Below the pieces are notes generated by a model that searched no databases, was not told the origin of the DNA, and saw only the letters and a program-made list of their open reading frames with translations. From NCBI GenBank assembly GCA_012513315.1, contig JAAZCL010000065.1, forward strand, positions 1 through 48,335: a stretch of DNA of 48,335 bases, read 5' to 3'. The DNA comes from Bacteroidales bacterium. Its GTDB lineage: Bacteria; Bacteroidota; Bacteroidia; Bacteroidales; Dysgonomonadaceae. Positions 18,233-27,631 of this stretch are shown piece by piece; the stretch's first letter is position 1, and every line of letters begins with the position of its first letter. A program made the translations under genes and the position numbers.

Positions 18233-19580
18233 ATTTATTAAGTTTCCCTCTCCATACATCATCTAATTGGGTCTGGGTTCCAGATACTCCACCGAATATC
18301 CATATATTGTTATTATTATCGGTTATTACCGATGCTTTTTTTCTAAACTCCATTTCTGTCGGTAGTGATTGATTTTCACCAGCCGATTTCCATTCAAGTC
18401 CGAAGTTATCAGAGTAATACAGGCTATTAGTTCCAGATGAGTTTGTTAATAGATAAGTATTATTATCGTAGAAAAACAATGTGCTTTCGGTTAGTGAAGA
18501 CACACCCATTTTCTTTGATTTTAAATCTGATATCTTCCCATTTCTTTCCTGAATAATCCAGATATAATTATTAGCTGTATTATCAGCTTTTAAACCCCCG
18601 GCAATAATTATATATTTTATTGCGTGTGATGTAGAGCTGTTTATGCTTATTGAAGAGAAATCTCTTACAGGGAATTCGGAAATATTTGTATTTGATTCTA
18701 TTTCCATAAAGCTAAAATCAGAGAAATCGTCTGTTTGAGCAAATTTGTAAGTGTTATTATCATCAATGATTACCAGACTTTTTCCATTGTTGTCAGATGG
18801 TAGTATGCCGTAATTCGCTATTATTGGAAAATCTGTATCTGTCATCGACCACGTGAAACCATCAGTAGAATTAAAAACTCTATTGGTTTCATCTAAAATA
18901 TAAAGGGCGTCTTCAGAAGCGTTTAATGAAGACAATAAAACATTAGGCGGTAGTCCGCTAATATTAGCTGTTGTCCAGTTTGCACCATCATTTGACGATG
19001 AAGATACTGCGCCCATAGCTTCATTAGCAATAAAATATGTGATAAATCTGTTATTGTATGATACGGTTGTTTGATCAGTTATATTTGGTGTGATATAATA
19101 ACCATCAGATATTTTTTCCCAAGACAAAATATAAGGATCCTTGTCATGTACATTCAATTGAAAGTCATACTTTTTAGTTGTTTTGCCATCAGGAGCTGTT
19201 GTAGTTATTCTATATAAATTATTAATTCCTACCGAATCTGATTGAGACCATACTACATCTTCTGAACCGCTAACGCTCAATGTTACGTTATTCAAAGAAG
19301 AGTATGTGCTTGAGCCTCTTAAGTTAATTGTAACACTGTCAATATGAAACTTATAAGGTAGTAACTCCTTATTGAAAATCTTCCCATTTACCTGGTCAAT
19401 AGTAAATATTGTACTGTTTAGGATGTTACTTGTGTCAGATTTAGAGGAGATTGAGAAAGTGTAGATCTGTGCATCGGCCGAATACTCTACTTCCCTAGCT
19501 TCAGAACTGTCTAGGCACGAAGGAAGTAATAACATATTAATGATAATTGCTAATGTCCAGAGAAAATATTTAGAATTCAT
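18219..19580 (-). CDS. DUF6242-family lipoprotein, likely ATG at 19580
   Basis: Lipobox LLPS-C, FTIDQVNGKIFN..LPY, C-terminal NNIWIFGG...DVWRGKLNK. Confidence 0.72.
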   Translation of the reverse strand: MNSKYFLWTLAIIINMLLLPSCLDSSEAREVEYSADAQIYTFSISSKSDTSNILNSTIFTIDQVNGKIFNKELLPYKFHIDSVTINLRGSSTYSSLNNVTLSVSGSEDVVWSQSDSVGINNLYRITTTAPDGKTTKKYDFQLNVHDKDPYILSWEKISDGYYITPNITDQTTVSYNNRFITYFIANEAMGAVSSSSNDGANWTTANISGLPPNVLLSSLNASEDALYILDETNRVFNSTDGFTWSMTDTDFPIIANYGILPSDNNGKSLVIIDDNNTYKFAQTDDFSDFSFMEIESNTNISEFPVRDFSSISINSSTSHAIKYIIIAGGLKADNTANNYIWIIQERNGKISDLKSKKMGVSSLTESTLFFYDNNTYLLTNSSGTNSLYYSDNFGLEWKSAGENQSLPTEMEFRKKASVITDNNNNIWIFGGVSGTQTQLDDVWRGKLNKFAQD

Positions 19581-19679
19581 TTGTTTCAATAATATTGTAT
19601 TCACTGTTTAAGTTATGCAAAAGTATGAAGATTTTTCTCTTTAACCATATTAAAATGAATATTTAAAGAATATTTCGAG

Positions 19680-20732
19680 TTATTCTCTCTTTAAATGTAA
19701 CTGGGACGAGTTTAGGTATTTCTTTATCTTAATTTCTTCTCCCTGAATTTTAGGGGCTTTAACGCCCGATTTTAACTCTAAATCCGCTATTTCAATATAG
19801 GCCTCATCCCACATATTATTTTGGATAAACGATGATAAAAGTTTACTTCCACCTTCAATTAACACGGAATATATTTTTTCTTTATACAAGTGGTTTAATA
19901 TTTGACTTATTGTATCTTCAGAGAAGTCCATCTCAATAAATTTCAAAGAGTCTATTGATGCAATATTTTTCGGAGTTTTTTTGGTGAAAACAATTGTGGG
20001 AACCGTTCCGTCAAATAAAGCTAAACTTTGGGGTAGCCTATTATGCCTGTCTATTACAATTCTAGTGGGATTATCACCATACCAATTTCTGGAAGTAAGT
20101 TTAGGATTGTCGAGTATAGCAGTATTAGTTCCAACTAATATACCCTGAACGTGTGTTCTGAATTTATGAACTATAGTATGAGTGAGTTGATTAGAAATTA
20201 TAGTGGGTTGTTTATTTTCTGAAGGATCTCTAAGGAGATCGATAAATCCATCTTTGCTTTGTGCCCATTTTAAAATTATAAAAGGACGAGAATAAAGTTG
20301 ATTTACAAAGAAATGTTTATTCAGATCTCTGGCTTCATCTTCTAATACACCTTCTATTACTTCTATACCTGCGTTTTTCATTAGTTCAACTCCCTTTCCA
20401 GAAACTTTTGGGTTTGTGTCTCTAGTGGCTATTACTACACGAGGTATTTTATTTAAAATAATTAATTGTGCACAAGGTGGTGTTTTGCCGTGGTGAGCAC
20501 ATGGTTCAAGTGAAACATATAGAGTAGACTGCTGTAAAAGAGATTTATCTTTAACTGAATTGATAGCATTAACCTCTGCATGGCTCTCTCCAAACTGTCT
20601 ATGGTATCCTTCTCCTATAATCCTGTTTTGGTGCACTATTATTGATCCCACCAAGGGGTTAGACTTGGTAAAACCTTCACTTTTACGTGCTAACTGTAAG
20701 CAACGTCGCATAAATATCAAATTTTGCTCCAT
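19680..20732 (-). CDS. ribD: Riboflavin biosynthesis deaminase/reductase RibD, likely ATG at 20732
   Basis: NPLVG, HAEVNAI, LEPCAHHGKTPPC, ILKWAQSKDG, VLIEGG. Confidence 0.96.
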   Translation of the reverse strand: MEQNLIFMRRCLQLARKSEGFTKSNPLVGSIIVHQNRIIGEGYHRQFGESHAEVNAINSVKDKSLLQQSTLYVSLEPCAHHGKTPPCAQLIILNKIPRVVIATRDTNPKVSGKGVELMKNAGIEVIEGVLEDEARDLNKHFFVNQLYSRPFIILKWAQSKDGFIDLLRDPSENKQPTIISNQLTHTIVHKFRTHVQGILVGTNTAILDNPKLTSRNWYGDNPTRIVIDRHNRLPQSLALFDGTVPTIVFTKKTPKNIASIDSLKFIEMDFSEDTISQILNHLYKEKIYSVLIEGGSKLLSSFIQNNMWDEAYIEIADLELKSGVKAPKIQGEEIKIKKYLNSSQLHLKRE

Positions 20733-20797
20733 TTTATTTATCTTTGTTATGCCGTGCATCTTTAGCTACTGATTTGTTATTGATAAATTTGAATAGA

Positions 20798-21652
20798 ATG
20801 CATAATCACATACAACAATTTACACAAAATATTCAACAGCAATTAAGCGATTTATACACACAATCTGAGATTTCTTTTCTATCTCGGATTATTCTAGAAG
20901 AGGTGTCTTGCAAAATTAATAAATTATCCGACTCTGAGTTACGTAAGGCAGAAGATATTGTAAAGCGGCTACAAAATAGTGAACCAATTCAGTATATTTT
21001 AGGTAAATGCGAATTTTATGGATTAACTTTTAAACTTACCTCAGATGTGCTAATACCACGACCTGAAACAGAGGAGTTGGTAGAGTGGATTTTAACAGAA
21101 AAGAGTGAAGCTAATAGCTCAATACTGGATATAGGTACCGGGAGTGGGTGTATAGCAATTTCTCTAGCAAAAAAGGGAAAAGGGGTAAATGTGCACGCAT
21201 GGGATATCTCATCATCAGCCCTAAAAGTTGCTTCTGAGAATGCTGCAATAAATAATGTAAATATTCAAACATCAAAAGTCGATGTTTTATCTAAAGAGGA
21301 TTTGGAAGAGCATTACAGCTTTGATATTAAGTACGATTTTATAGTTAGCAACCCACCATATATAACTAACAGCGAAAAATCTCATATGGAGGATAATGTG
21401 CTTAACTATGAACCACATTTAGCTTTATTTGTACCCGATAGCAACCCCTTGTTGTTTTACAGTAGAATAGCAGATGTTTCTCTTAGGCTACTAAAAAAAG
21501 GCGGAAAACTCTTCTTTGAAATTAATCCACCTTATGCTAACGATTTAGCTCAGATGCTGAAAGAAAAAGGTTTTAAGGATGTTGAATTAAGAAAAGATAT
21601 AACAGGAAAACTCAGAATGCTAAAAGCTGTTTTATCTACCTTTAATTCATAA
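20798..21652 (+). CDS. prmC: Release factor glutamine methyltransferase, likely ATG at 20798
   Basis: EPIQYILG, VLIPRPETEELV, LDIGTGSGCIA, VSNPPY, FFEIN. Confidence 0.95.
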   Translation: MHNHIQQFTQNIQQQLSDLYTQSEISFLSRIILEEVSCKINKLSDSELRKAEDIVKRLQNSEPIQYILGKCEFYGLTFKLTSDVLIPRPETEELVEWILTEKSEANSSILDIGTGSGCIAISLAKKGKGVNVHAWDISSSALKVASENAAINNVNIQTSKVDVLSKEDLEEHYSFDIKYDFIVSNPPYITNSEKSHMEDNVLNYEPHLALFVPDSNPLLFYSRIADVSLRLLKKGGKLFFEINPPYANDLAQMLKEKGFKDVELRKDITGKLRMLKAVLSTFNS

Positions 21653-21687
21653 AGATCGTGAAAACAGTTTTGTGACAATCTAAAACA

Positions 21688-22182
21688 ATGAGTAAAAAAG
21701 ATATAATAATTTCAGAAGATCAGGCTTTTTTGCGAATGGCGCGCATTTGTTCAAGAAAGGAATACTCACCATTCGATATTTCACAAAAACTCTACAGATT
21801 GGGGTTTTCAAGTGAAGCTATAGAAAATATAATAAATAAACTGAAAACTGAAAATTATATCAATGAGGAGAGGTTTGCGAGAAGTTTTGTGAATGATAAA
21901 CTTCTTATCAATAGGTGGGGCGTAAAAAAAATTGAGATGCATTTGAAATATAAACAACTGTCTCAAAGCGTTATAGATGATATTTTGTCAGAATATTCTA
22001 ATACAGAGCTAAATAGCTCACTCCAGTCGATATTAATAAAAAAATGGAGACAAGTTAAAGGAGAATCAGATTATGAGAAGAAAGGAAAGCTAATAAAATA
22101 CGCATTAGGGAGAGGTTTTAAAATGGATGCGATTATCCAATGTATAAACAATTTGAATCTTAATGATAATGATATAAATTGA
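21688..22182 (+). CDS. recX: Regulatory protein RecX
   Basis: YINEERFARSFV, NRWGVKKI, LIKYALGRGF. Conserved prmC-recX context. Confidence 0.88.
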   Translation: MSKKDIIISEDQAFLRMARICSRKEYSPFDISQKLYRLGFSSEAIENIINKLKTENYINEERFARSFVNDKLLINRWGVKKIEMHLKYKQLSQSVIDDILSEYSNTELNSSLQSILIKKWRQVKGESDYEKKGKLIKYALGRGFKMDAIIQCINNLNLNDNDIN

Positions 22183-22197
22183 TTGAAAAGTTGATAT

Positions 22198-22893
22198 ATG
22201 TGTAAGTTATCCTTGATAAACAATTTAATAAAACTTTTCCTACCAGAGGTTTGTGTTGCATGCGGAGTAGAGCTACTTCAAAGTGAATCAGGAGCATGCT
22301 TAAAATGTTTGTATAAGATACCTAGAACTAACAATTTTTCAAAAGAAAACAACTCAGCAGAGATTCTTATGGCTGGTAGAATTCCTTTTGAAAGAATTGC
22401 AACATTTTCTTATTTTGTTGAAGGTGGTGTTTTAAGACCTATGATTCATAAGCTTAAGTATTATAATGGAAAGAATCTTGGTTTACTATTAGGCAAAATG
22501 TTTGGTGAAGATCTTCTTGCAAGTGATTTTATTAATAATATAGATGTAATTTTGCCTGTACCATTACATCCTAAAAAGCAGCGTTCAAGAGGCTATAATC
22601 AAGCCGAAGTTATAGCAAATGGAATATCAGAAGCTACTAAAATACCAGTTATTACAAATAACCTTACTAGATTGGTGTTTAATCCTACTCAAACAAAACG
22701 CACAAAAACTGAACGTTGGAAAAACGTAAGTGGAATTTTCGAAATAAAGGATTCAACTGTTTTTGAGAGTAAGCATATACTACTTGTAGACGATGTAATA
22801 ACTACAGGTTCAACCATAGAGGCTTGCGGCTATGCACTGCAAAATTGTGATAACCTAAAAATAAGTATTGCTACAATTGGTGAGGTTCTTTAA
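22198..22893 (+). CDS. comF: ComF-family (double zinc ribbon / PRTase) protein
   Basis: CxxC...CxxC, PVPLH, RGYNQAE, LLVDDVITTGST. Confidence 0.9.
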   Translation: MCKLSLINNLIKLFLPEVCVACGVELLQSESGACLKCLYKIPRTNNFSKENNSAEILMAGRIPFERIATFSYFVEGGVLRPMIHKLKYYNGKNLGLLLGKMFGEDLLASDFINNIDVILPVPLHPKKQRSRGYNQAEVIANGISEATKIPVITNNLTRLVFNPTQTKRTKTERWKNVSGIFEIKDSTVFESKHILLVDDVITTGSTIEACGYALQNCDNLKISIATIGEVL

Positions 22894-22941
22894 AAAAAAC
22901 ACTATTTTTGCATTCATTCCATTGATCAATTCAACAATAAA

Positions 22942-23595
22942 ATGAAAACAGTACAAAAATTAACAGCCGAAAAACTTTTAAAAGTTAAAGCTATAAAACT
23001 ACAACCCTCAAATCCTTTTACATGGGCTTCAGGGTGGAAATCACCAATTTATTGCGATAATCGCAAACTTATGTCTTATCCTTCGATACGTGATTTTATC
23101 AAAGTTGAGTTTGCCAGAATTATATTAGAGAAATATCCCCAAACTGATGCTATAGCCGGGGTAGCTACAGGAGCCATCGCACCAGGTGCACTGGTAGCCG
23201 ATTTATTAAATCTACCCTTCGTTTATATTAGATCTACACCCAAAGATCACGGTTTAGAGAATTTGATAGAAGGTGACTTGAAACCTAAACAAAAGGTAAT
23301 TGTCATTGAAGATTTAGTGTCTACAGGAGGCAGTAGTCTCAAGGCGGTTGAAGCAATTAGAAGTAACGGTTCTGATGTATTGGGTATGTTAGCAATTTTC
23401 ACTTATGGTTTTACTCATTCTATACAAAATATGCAAGAAGCTAGAGTAGATCTCACTACTTTATCTAATTATGATGCGATATTAGATGAGGCACTTGCAA
23501 CTGACTATATAGATGAATCTGAATTAAAAACTTTGCAGGACTGGCGTAAAAGTCCTGAAACTTGGGGACAACCAGGAAAAAATATAAAGATATGA
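22942..23595 (+). CDS. pyrE: Orotate phosphoribosyltransferase
   Basis: FTWASGWKSPIYCDNR, VIEDLVSTGGS. TATTTTTG promoter box at 22903-22910. Confidence 0.97.
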   Translation: MKTVQKLTAEKLLKVKAIKLQPSNPFTWASGWKSPIYCDNRKLMSYPSIRDFIKVEFARIILEKYPQTDAIAGVATGAIAPGALVADLLNLPFVYIRSTPKDHGLENLIEGDLKPKQKVIVIEDLVSTGGSSLKAVEAIRSNGSDVLGMLAIFTYGFTHSIQNMQEARVDLTTLSNYDAILDEALATDYIDESELKTLQDWRKSPETWGQPGKNIKI

Positions 23596-24011
23596 TTGAA
23601 TTCAGTAGTGATGTAAAGACGATTTACCATTCCGATCGTGATATATTCAGGGTTTTATCTGATCTCCGCAATCTCGACTTGGTAAAAGAATACATACCCG
23701 AAGACAAGATTAAAGATTTTGTTTTTGATAAAGATAGCGTTTCATTTCGTGTAGATAATATAGGCAATGTAACTTTCCTTGTAATTGAAAGACAGCCCGA
23801 AAGTTTAATCAGATTTAAATCAGTGAAATTACCTTTCGACGTGTTTCTGGAGATACAATTACAGTTGAAGTCTGAAGAAGAGACCGAATTAACTATGATG
23901 GTTCAATCTGCTCTTAGTCCAATCATGAAGGGAGTTGTAGAAAAACCTATGAGAGATGCAGTTGATAGAATTTCAGATGCACTTACTCAGTTACCATACG
24001 ACCAAATATAA
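23592..24011 (+). CDS. SRPBCC/CoxG-like protein, translationally coupled to pyrE (ATGA overlap)
   Basis: ATG at 23592 overlaps the pyrE TGA. FSSDVKTI...IFRVLSDLRNL. Conserved partner of pyrE in Bacteroidales. Confidence 0.78.
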   Translation: MIEFSSDVKTIYHSDRDIFRVLSDLRNLDLVKEYIPEDKIKDFVFDKDSVSFRVDNIGNVTFLVIERQPESLIRFKSVKLPFDVFLEIQLQLKSEEETELTMMVQSALSPIMKGVVEKPMRDAVDRISDALTQLPYDQI

Positions 24012-24055
24012 AAAAAAGTTCCGGATGATCTCTTCACAGAGGTCATCCGGTTTTT
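24010..24055. terminator. Intrinsic terminator, probably bidirectional
   Basis: Stem-loop ccggatgatctct-tcac-agaggtcatccgg (24021-24050), with T5 downstream and an A tract upstream, between convergent genes. Confidence 0.85.
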
Positions 24056-24117
24056 GGAAAATCAAAAAAGTCATATAAGAAATAGAACTAATTTTACTTG
24101 TGGTTTTATTCTTGATT

Positions 24118-24876
24118 TTAATAGTATTCATTTGATGTAATTACAGGTATGGGCATCTCTGCTGTTGTTTGAACATTTTTAGATCTATTATACCTGTATA
24201 CAACATCATAAATAATTTCTTTTGTATTTCTGTCAGATTGTGCACTCCATTCTTTAACCTTTATAGATAGCTTAACCGAATCAACATCGTTTTGGCGTAG
24301 TGGTTTCAAATCAAAGCATACAAATCCTTCATATAAACGTTCAGCTTGGCTCTCAAAAGAGTTGTGTCTTAACTCAACCTCAATAACATCATTTATCATT
24401 TCTGTTGAAGTTTTATTTTCAACCAGGTTAATTAAATGAGGCACTTTACCTCCATAATTAAAATGGAACGAAATATTAAGGTAGTCACCACCCACCCAAA
24501 CAGCATTAGTTTTTATAGGATCATTGCCAATACTATCTTCATTATGAGCGTTTAGCTCTACAATATTCTTTGTAAGTAATGTCCAGATATCATTAACTTT
24601 AATGTAGTGATCAAAGCCATCTTTTTCTTCAGAAAGGATAGTATAATTTAATAGTACACGTTCTTTATTTAAAGAAGTGTATTCTACTGCACTAGCTGCT
24701 GGCCATAGTTTTTTACCATTATCCAGTAGAAGCGTATAGTTGCCACCACTCTCGGGTATTACTGTGGCAATGTCAATGCCAAAGTTGCCAAGAGATCTTG
24801 AGTTATCATCACAACTAATATTTACTAGCAATATAGTTGAGAATAAAACGGATATGATCAAGAGTTTTTTATGCAT
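24118..24876 (-). CDS. NigD-like lipoprotein
   Basis: Lipobox NIS-C, LDNGKKLWP, RVLLNYTIL, DSIGNDPI, GDYLNI, HLINLV, ELRHN, VCFDL. Confidence 0.82.
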   Translation of the reverse strand: MHKKLLIISVLFSTILLVNISCDDNSRSLGNFGIDIATVIPESGGNYTLLLDNGKKLWPAASAVEYTSLNKERVLLNYTILSEEKDGFDHYIKVNDIWTLLTKNIVELNAHNEDSIGNDPIKTNAVWVGGDYLNISFHFNYGGKVPHLINLVENKTSTEMINDVIEVELRHNSFESQAERLYEGFVCFDLKPLRQNDVDSVKLSIKVKEWSAQSDRNTKEIIYDVVYRYNRSKNVQTTAEMPIPVITSNEYY

Positions 24877-24917
24877 ACTACTTTAAAATGTCTTTGCCTT
24901 TTCTTGGAATTATATGA

Positions 24918-24945
24918 TAGATGCAAAAACATTGAAAATGTTGCA
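24918..24945 (-). promoter_or_regulatory. Putative ECF promoter for the NigD-like gene
   Basis: Minus strand TGCAAC-N15-GCATCTA, with the same spacing as the skp motif. Confidence 0.5.
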
Positions 24946-25005
24946 TGTGATTTGAATAATAATCGCAAATTAACATAAATTAATTTACTTGGGTCTGCAG
25001 TGAAT

Positions 25006-26715
25006 TTAGATTTTAAGTTTTGTTGATGCTTCAATTTCTTTAGCCCGTTCTATTGCTAAATGAATATTTGAACAAATGTTTTCTTCACCAATTAAATGTG
25101 GAATTTCCGATCTCTCAATCTTCTCTCTTACCTCGCTATTTACACCTGATAAGATTACCTGAATTTTTTCTTTTATTGAATTACGACAAAGCATTTCAAG
25201 ATTATTTAATCCTGTTGAGTCAATGAATGGCACTTTCCTCATTCTAATTATGCGAATATCATGATGTATTCTAGAAAGTCTCATTTTCTCATCAAACTTA
25301 TTTGCCACACCAAAGAAGAAAGGTCCACTAATTTCATATACCTCTACTGATTCGGGCAGTTGCAGATACTCATCGTCTTTCACAGTACTTTGTATCTCAC
25401 TCTCGTCACTCAAATCTAAATGACCAGTAGAGTGCGAAATCTCAGTGCTTTCATTAACGCGTTTTAAAAATGCAAATATTGCTAAAACAAGACCCACTGC
25501 AATAGCTACTGTAAGATCGAAAATTACAGTAAGTGAAAATGTTGTCAATAAAATAGCTCTAGTAGCAGCCGATTGTTTAACAAGAGATACAAATGTTCGC
25601 CACTCACTCATATTATAAGCTACAACTACTAATATTCCTGCTAAACATGCCATTGGAATGTGTCTAGTGAGGTCACCTAAAAACAAAACTATTAATAATA
25701 ATACAATAGCATGGATAATACCGGCAACAGGCGTTCTACCACCATTATTAATATTTGTCATGGTTCTTGCAATTGCGCCTGTTGCAGGAATTCCCCCAAA
25801 AAATGGAGTAATTATATTTGCTACCCCCTGTGCTATAAGCTCTGAGTTTGAGTTGTGTTTTGCCCCAGTTACACCATCTGCCACAGTAGCCGAAAGCAGC
25901 GACTCAATTGCACATAAAATGGCAATTGTAAATGCTGATGGAAACAGTATGCGTATACTTTCTAAACTTAATGGTATTTGTTTAATATCTGGTAATTGGC
26001 TCTGAATAATATATCTGTCTCCAATAGTTTCAATTCCATTAATCCCAGTATATTTATTCAAGAAATATACACCAATAGTTACTGCAATTATAGAGATTAA
26101 GGAGCCTGGTATTTTTCTTGAAAATTTTGGGGTAATTATTATAATGGCTACACTAATAATAGCGATTAGTGTTACCCATAAGTTAACTGAATTAAAACTT
26201 TGGAAATAAATAATCCATTTTTCAATAAAACCAGAAGGCAACTTTGGTGTAGTTAGACCAAAAAAGTCTTTTATTTGTGTTGAAAATATCGTTAGAGCTA
26301 TACCACTAGTAAATCCAACAATAATTGGATATGGAACAAACTTAATTATTGATCCTAGTTTCATAAATCCCATGAAAACAAGCATAAGTCCAGCCATCAC
26401 AGTTGCAATTGCAAGCCCTTGCACACCATACTGTTCTACAATTCCGTAAACAATTACTATGAATGCTCCTGTTGGTCCTCCAATCTGAACAGTACTTCCT
26501 CCCAAAAAAGATATAATAAATCCAGCGATTATAGCAGTATATATTCCCTTCTCAGGCGTCACGCCCGAAGCAATCCCAAATGCAATTGCCAGAGGTAAAG
26601 CTACAACACCCACAATCAATCCTGACATCAAATCTGCCACGAATTTCTCCCTGTTGTAGGTTTTTAAAGTTTGAAAAAGGGTTGGTTCAAAGGAGGAAAG
26701 GAAATTTATTCGCAT
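25006..26715 (-). CDS. sulP: SulP/SLC26 anion permease with STAS domain
   Basis: ALPLAIAFGIASG, QIGGPTGAF, ESLLSATVADG, PATGAIART, STAS GPFFFG...FIDSTG. TACCTTTG box at 26743-26750. Confidence 0.93.
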   Translation of the reverse strand: MRINFLSSFEPTLFQTLKTYNREKFVADLMSGLIVGVVALPLAIAFGIASGVTPEKGIYTAIIAGFIISFLGGSTVQIGGPTGAFIVIVYGIVEQYGVQGLAIATVMAGLMLVFMGFMKLGSIIKFVPYPIIVGFTSGIALTIFSTQIKDFFGLTTPKLPSGFIEKWIIYFQSFNSVNLWVTLIAIISVAIIIITPKFSRKIPGSLISIIAVTIGVYFLNKYTGINGIETIGDRYIIQSQLPDIKQIPLSLESIRILFPSAFTIAILCAIESLLSATVADGVTGAKHNSNSELIAQGVANIITPFFGGIPATGAIARTMTNINNGGRTPVAGIIHAIVLLLIVLFLGDLTRHIPMACLAGILVVVAYNMSEWRTFVSLVKQSAATRAILLTTFSLTVIFDLTVAIAVGLVLAIFAFLKRVNESTEISHSTGHLDLSDESEIQSTVKDDEYLQLPESVEVYEISGPFFFGVANKFDEKMRLSRIHHDIRIIRMRKVPFIDSTGLNNLEMLCRNSIKEKIQVILSGVNSEVREKIERSEIPHLIGEENICSNIHLAIERAKEIEASTKLKI

Positions 26716-26760
26716 AAATCTAATAAAATAAGTGTAAAATCACAAAGGTAGTAAAATAAA

Positions 26761-27405
26761 TTAAACCACTCCTTGTTCAACTAGTACACATACCCTTTCG
26801 GTTACTCTGTCTTCTCCAAATGGATTATATCTTGCTTTGAGATCATTTCCGAAAAGTTTTGCAAAAAGGTTTGCAGACCATGCTTTGAAGCTACCCATAA
26901 AAGCATCAATAATATGATAGGATGATGAATGAGTTTCTCTATCCACGAGTTTCATTAATAATTGGCCCTGCGATCTTGTGAGCTTTTTCATCTTCGGAGT
27001 ATACTTATCTGTTAAGTATTTCTCCATTTTATTAAGATGTTGCTGTCTTACCTTATCATTAGGTAAAGTTTCCATATACTCATATGTTTCGGTAATAATA
27101 CCTGCAATTTCTTTAGCATACGGTAGTGTTTTTTTTACGTCACGTATTAACTTCGAGTATGCAATTTGATCTTTAGTACTTCTAAAAGTTATTGGAGAGT
27201 ATTTTATAAAATCACCTAACCACATACAAGCAATAGTATCCCCTTCCTCTACAACTGCTGGGTAAACATTAGGCATTAAATATATTGTAGATATTGGTGT
27301 TTGCTTATCTGGATTAATATTTGTGGCATAATAATCCTGTGCATTTACCTGCGATGGTAAAAACATAAGAAATAATATCATAAGTATATAACCCAGTCTT
27401 TTCAT
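26761..27405 (-). CDS. DUF4294-family protein, likely ATG at 27405
   Basis: Signal VNA-Q, LIRDVKKTLPYAK, KKLTRSQGQLLMKLVDRET, FG.DLK..Y.P.GED. Confidence 0.85.
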   Translation of the reverse strand: MKRLGYILMILFLMFLPSQVNAQDYYATNINPDKQTPISTIYLMPNVYPAVVEEGDTIACMWLGDFIKYSPITFRSTKDQIAYSKLIRDVKKTLPYAKEIAGIITETYEYMETLPNDKVRQQHLNKMEKYLTDKYTPKMKKLTRSQGQLLMKLVDRETHSSSYHIIDAFMGSFKAWSANLFAKLFGNDLKARYNPFGEDRVTERVCVLVEQGVV

Positions 27406-27631
27406 AACGATACAAAGATAATCAGTCGTTTTAATTTCCAAAATAAAATCGCGTTAAGTGTAGTTAATTAAGTCTCGAGCTTAGAGAGTGTTAAGAAAGA
27501 AAAAAAGAGTATTTTGTTCAAAACAAATTGATATTAAATGATACACCAAACTATAAAACCAAAAAAACAGATTTTTGTTCGATGATGAGGATTAATTAGT
27601 GTACTTTTGAACTAGTAAAAAAAGTAAAACT

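Noticed and set aside
22198-22893. comF (and comB) as evidence of a competence island
   Set aside because: comF is a conserved core gene in the prmC-recX-comF-pyrE block, and comB here is the unrelated phosphatase. There are no uptake genes in the window.
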